DNA of 64,000 nt, from contig JANOTL010000109.1 of the NCBI GenBank assembly GCA_031416315.1, forward strand, positions 101,929 to 165,928, read 5' to 3'. The translations under genes were made by a program, and so were the position numbers. The stretch comes from Pseudomonadota bacterium (GTDB lineage Bacteria; Bdellovibrionota_B; Oligoflexia; Oligoflexales; CAIYRB01). Below are positions 31,101 through 37,100 of this stretch, one piece after another. Position 1 is the first letter of the stretch; each line of letters begins with the position of its first letter. A model generated the notes under the pieces. The model was not told the DNA's origin. It searched no databases and saw nothing but the letters and a program-made list of their open reading frames with translations.

Positions 31101-34100
31101 ATTTACGGAAGTCGGCGCTGCCGGAGTCGGTGACGCACGTGATCGCTGTGCCGAAGCTACCGTTCGAAGGCCCGGACAGGATCTGGACCGCTTTGGCGGG
31201 ATAGTTGGAGACCGGGTGCTGGTAGCCCTGGCCCGCGGCGTTCGCGAGGGTCAAGGTGACGGCGGTGTTCTCTTTGGTTTTGAAGGTCAAGTCGTGCGCA
31301 ACCGGTAGCGGGCGCACATCGACCGAGGCCGTGCCGACGACGACCGTCTTGAGCTCGCGCGGCGTGGCGAATGCTGTATCGACCACGGTGATGTGGTAGG
31401 TGAACTGCGCGGGACCGTAATAGTCGGTTTCCGGCACGATCTCGACCGGGCAGATGCCGTTGGTGTCGCAGGCGATCTCGCAGCTGGCGACCGTACAGGT
31501 GCCGCCGACGATGGAGAGGCGCTGGAGGCTCGCGCCCTTTAGCACTTCGATCTTGGTCGCCTTTAGCGAGTACGTGTGGGTGTAGCCGGCGCCGGGGCCG
31601 ATGCTTACCGTGCGCAAGGACGGGCTCGCCTCGTCCTCGGCCATCGCGAAGCTTGTGCCGGTGGCGCGGGGCTTCGGACGGTACTCGATCTTGACGCGAC
31701 CCGCGGCAGTCGATTTTAGGTCGCCGACCGTGCCCGAGCCGGCGGTTTTGTTGGTCGGGTCCTCGACCACCACCTTGTAATCGATCGTGGCGAACTCGTC
31801 GCCGCTCGCCGGCTCCCACGTCGCGGTCGGCTCGAACGTGGCAGTACAGGTGCCGGCGCCAGTATTACAGGCGAACGCGCCGCCTTGGAGGCCGCCGCGG
31901 CTGGCAATGATGTTGGTCACGGACTTGGCGTTGTAGAAGGGGTGGCCGTAATGGACAGGCTTGGCGAAGCTCAACGCCAAGGGCTCGCCCTCGGCCTGAA
32001 TCATGACGATCGGTGCCGCCGGGACGGTCGGCTTGGGACGGACGTTGAAGCGGATCGGCTGCGCGATGTCGGCGATGGCGTCGAGATTGGTTCCGAGGGT
32101 GTCGTGGACGGTGACCTTGAAGTCGACGTCGGGGCAGTTGGCGCCGCCGACCGAGCAGGAGACCGGTGGCTGTCCCAGTGTATTGGAGTAGACGCCGACG
32201 GCGGACGTGAAGATTCCCGAGCAGCTGCCCAAGGCACACCCGAGGTAGCAGTCCTGATCGCCGCTGTTACAAGCGATCGATCCCGTGATGTAACCGCGCA
32301 CGTCGCCGTTGCGAACGGCGATGCGGCTCAGGGCGTCGCGATCGCCGTTCATGAAATGGAGCTTCGTCGCGAGCTGGAAGGTCGCGTGCGTGTAGCCTTT
32401 GTCGAGGGCGACCTCGAACGGCGTGCCCTCGCCTTCGACCGCGACCACTTCGCGCGCCTGAACGCGCGGCTTCGGGAAGACCCGCATGTCGTAGCGCACG
32501 GATTCGGTGAGGAGCTGCGAAGCCTGCGCGGCCGGCATGCCGGCGGGCGCCGCGACCTGCACCTTGAAGTAGATGAAATTGTCCTGGTCGCTCCCCGCGG
32601 CCGGGCGATAGGTCGCCGTGCAAAGGCCGGCCGGGTCGCAAGTGAAGGCCTTCTCGATGTTTGCCGGCGTCGCGGCGAGGACCTGCGCCGGCGTCGTCGG
32701 GTCGACGAGACCGCCCTGGGCGGCGCTCGGCCAGCCGATGATCTGAATCTTCACGGCTTTGGCGCCGAGGGCGTGCGTGTAACCGGCTCCCAGGTCGATC
32801 GTGAGGGGAATCTCTGCCCCTTCGATGCCAGACGAGCTGCGCGCCTGAGCGACGGGGCTCGGGTAGACGTTGACCTTCTGCGTCGCCCATTCGGACCAGA
32901 TGTTTTTGACGCGAACGCGGTAATCGAACGAACCGTAATCGGTCGTAGAGGTGAAGAACCCCGACGAAGGCTGGACCGTCGTCGAGCACTTGCCGATCGC
33001 GTCGCAGGACACGCCGAGGAGGGAGACGTTGCTCAGGAGCCGCGTCTCGACGGCGTCGGCGGCCTCGTTGTAGCCCTGAACATAACCCTTGAAGCAGGTA
33101 GCGGGCGTCGAGGCGGGCGTGTCGCAACGCTCGATCGCGAAGGGAAGTTGATTCCCTTGGACCGCGTAGACGTAATCCCAGGCCGGATTCTGCGCTTTGA
33201 GCGAGACGGCGGTCGCGTAGGGACGCGGATAGAATTCGATCTCGGCGGTGCCGAGGTTGGAGGTCAACGCGTCCGTTTCGGCCGTCGACAAGGTGACGGC
33301 GCTCAGCGCTGCAGGGGTCAGCTTCACGCGGTATTGGAAGCTGGCGATGCCGAAGCCCGGCCAGGCGCCGGCCGGCGAAGCCGGATCGAAGGTCGCGGCC
33401 CACCACTTGCTGCCGATGTCGTACGGCAGCTCGGACAGCGCCTGGAAGGAGCCGTTTGCCTGGTTTAAGACCTCGACCTGCGCAGAGAGGTCACAGTCCT
33501 CGTGCTGGAAGCCGGCATCGACACCGATCGCGCCGTGGAGCGCCGGAAAACAGAAGGCGCCCGTCGGCCAGTCGCCCGGCAGGATCTTCACCGCCTGGGA
33601 GATGCCCTCGTTGCCCTTGAAATGCTTGTCTTGCGCCTTCAAAAAGCTGAGGGCGTGGGGGACCGGGTAGAAGTCGACCGTGTAAGTCTTGATCTCGGAC
33701 TCTTTCGGGCCGAGGTCGTTGTCGAAGAGGACGAGCTTGTAGTCGAAGGATGTGAGGTGCGTAATCGTCGCGTCTTGGGGATTGAAGGTGCCGTTACAGA
33801 CGCCGCTCGTCGGAGCGCAAGTGATCCCGCCGCTGGCAACGTTGCCGCGGAAAGGCGTGCCGACGACGATGACCTGCGGCGCCAATGCGAGAGCGTTCGG
33901 GTAGGTGTAGCCTTCGCCCGGCGCGATGCGGACGACTTTGGGGACCGTCTGGACGCCCATGTCGGACTTGCCGACGTTGACGATGATCGGGCGGACCTCA
34001 ATGGAGATGATCTTGGGGTCGGAGGGGATGATGCCAAGGACCGGGTCATTCACCGTAATCTGGTACGTAATCTTGGCAAAGCCATCGACCGGCTTGTAGT

Positions 34101-37100
34101 AGTAGCTCGGATTCGGACGGAAGGTCGCCGTACAACGATGCGGCGACGCCGCCTCACAGCCGAACAGCGGGGCGAGAACTTCACCTTGCGCGGGCAAAGT
34201 CGGCGTGACGATGACGACGCCAGACGGACGGTACAGCGTCGCATCGGAGGCGTAGTAGGGATGCTCGTAGCCGACGCCGGGCTTCAGAACGATCTCTTTG
34301 TCGGTTTGCTGCCATTGCGGAATCGTGAGGTCCTGCGCTTTCGGCTTCGGCCGGAAGTCGATGGAGACGGTGCCGACGGTCGATTCGATGTCGCCTTGGA
34401 CGATCGGGTCGTAGGCGACGACGGTGTAATCGAACTTCGCAAGGTTGCCGTAGTAATAGTCGCCGTTGCCGAGGGATGCGGGTAGGAACGTCGCGGTGTC
34501 ACAGGCGCCGGCCGGGCAAAAATATTCTAGGGGGGTCACGGTGCCGTTCTGCACGGTGCCGACGATTTTGATGCGGTCGATCCGGGTACCGGTCGGCTGC
34601 GCGTAAGTGTAGCCGTTGCCAGCTCCGCTGGTGAACGTCACCGGGGGCTGCGTGCCTTGGACGGCAGCGAAGCTGATGCCCGTGGCCCGCGGGCGAGGAC
34701 GGACGTTGACGTTGACGCGCGCGACCTTCGAGTTGACTTCGGTGCCCAACTCGGTGTCGTACGTCCAGATCTTGTAAGTGAAGTGCGCTTCAGTCGGTGC
34801 CGCGTCCGGCGTCCAATAGTCGAGGTCCGGGGTGAAGATGATGCGGCAAGTGCCGCCCGGGTCGGTGCAAGTGGCGGCGCCGGGGCCGATGTCTTCGAAG
34901 ACGGCCGTGCCCTTAGCGAAAGAGACGACCTCGATCCGAGTCGCCGGCTTGTTGCTCGGATGCGTATACCCTTGGCCTACACCCGGGTTGAAGTTGACGG
35001 TGAGGGGCTGGTTCTCGATCGTGTATTTGTTAAAGTTCTGCGCGATCGCGGTCGGGCGCACTTCGATCTGGAAACGGCCGTTGGCCGGCGAGGCGAGGCC
35101 GCCGACCGTGACCTTGTACTGGAATTCGTCGATGGTCGCCGCCAGATAGGCCGGCGTATCGTAGCTCGCGGTACAGACGCCGTCCGAGCCGCAGGCGAAG
35201 GCGCCGAGCGTGCCGCGCGTCAAGGCGGTCGGGGTGACGGCGGTCGCTTTGTGGTCGCGGCGGTGGGCGTAGCCCATGCGCAGACGGCGCTCGGGTTGCG
35301 TGTCCTCGTTGAGGACGAGGCCCGTCTTCAGCTCGAGGCGAACGGTGCCCGGTTGCTCGGAGAGCATGTACGCCCTGCGGTCGGTCGAGCGCGGCGCCGG
35401 GTAGACGTCGATGAAGATCTTCGCCGTGTTGGAGGCGAGGTCCGCTTGCAGCACGGTGTCCCGCGTAATGACGCGGTATTCGATCCATGCCGGACCCTCG
35501 AAGTTTGTCGGCGGCGTGTAAATGACGGTACAGCGGCCGGCGGCGTCGCAACTGGTCGTGGGGGCGGCGCCGGAGATCGGCGAGTAGCTCATGACCTCGA
35601 CGGTCTTCGCGGGCGTGCTGTAGGCGTGGGTGTACTCGTCGGCGAGCTCGAGGACGAAGTTCTTCGGCGTGTTCTCGTCGACGCGCTGCCAGGTGGTGAG
35701 GTCCGCTTCGACGCCGACGTTCTTGGCGCGGGGGCGCGGACGAACGTCTAGGCCGATCTCGCCGTACTCTGAGTCGAGCGGGCCGAGCTTCGCGTCCGTG
35801 ACCCAAACGCGGTAGTCGAACTTTTGCCGGCCGAAGTAGTCGACGGTCGGCGTGTAAGTGGTCGTGCAGGCGCCGGCAGCGCAGGCGATCGCGCTGAGGC
35901 TGCCGTGCGAGGCGCCCTTCTCGACCATGTTCATGTCGTTGGCGAGCAGGCTGTCGGCGTGAGTGTAGCCGTTGCCCGGGCTGACGCTGAACAAGTAGCT
36001 CGAAGGCGCGAAGCTCGTGTTCTCGGCGACCGCCTTGGTGAAGCCCGGCGTCTTCGGCACGGGACGCACGTCGATGGCGATCTTCTTGTTCTTAGACGTG
36101 ATGCGACTCGAAGAGAGGAGGTAAACGGGGTCCAGGACCGTGAGGTTCCAGGCGAGGTCGGGCGTCAGCTCACCGACCTGACCGACGGCCGGCGTGTAGG
36201 TCGCGGTGCAAATGCCGTCGACGGCGCAGGCGAAGAGGCTGAGGTTGCCGCTCGAGGGGTTGGCTACCGCTGCGGCCGTGATCGCCTTCAGGCTGAAGGG
36301 GTGGCTGTACTGCGGCGTGGCGCCGCCCTTGTCGAGCACGATGGCAAGTGACGACGGTCGCGTCGCCGAGAATTCGCGCACGGCGTAAGTGAGGTCCGTC
36401 GCGACCGGAAGCGGCCGGATTTGGACCTCGAGGTTAGCCAAGTTGGAGGTGAGGACGCGGTTCGCCGGCACCTTCAGGAAGTCGTCGAGGTAAATCGTCG
36501 GATTGGTGATCAGGTCGGAGGGGACCGACACCAACACCTTGAAGGACATCTTGAGATTCGATCCGGCATTCTGCGGATCGTAGTAGCCGGCAATGCCTAA
36601 GAAGTCGAAAGCGCAGTCACCGTTGTCGCAGGGGACGTCGCCGGACACGACCGTGGGGCCGAAGCCGACGATATAGCCTCGCGCCGTATCGATCGCTTCG
36701 ATTTTGGCCACTGAGGCCTTGGCGTTGTCGTCGTGGATGTAGCCCACGGTCGAGCCCGCGTCGCCGAACTTGATCGATACGGCGCGCTGCGTGTCTTGGA
36801 TGGCTTGCACCGCGACGTTGGTCGCGACCGGCAAGGGGTACCAGCGGACCGTGGCCTTCCCCTTGTTGGACTCGATGGGGCGGCCGTCCTTAGTGGCGCG
36901 GATTTGGTATTCGAACTCACCAGTGCCCTTGTAGCCGGCAAGGCCGACGACCGTCGCGGTCCATTCGCCGGGAGTGGTCTCGGCGAAGGCAGAGATGCTT
37001 TGGATATTGTCGGTGGTGACGACATCGATGCGCGTGATGACGATGCCGTTCCGGGCGCCCTTGTAGCCGACATCTTCCGACATCGTGACTTTGTAGTTTT

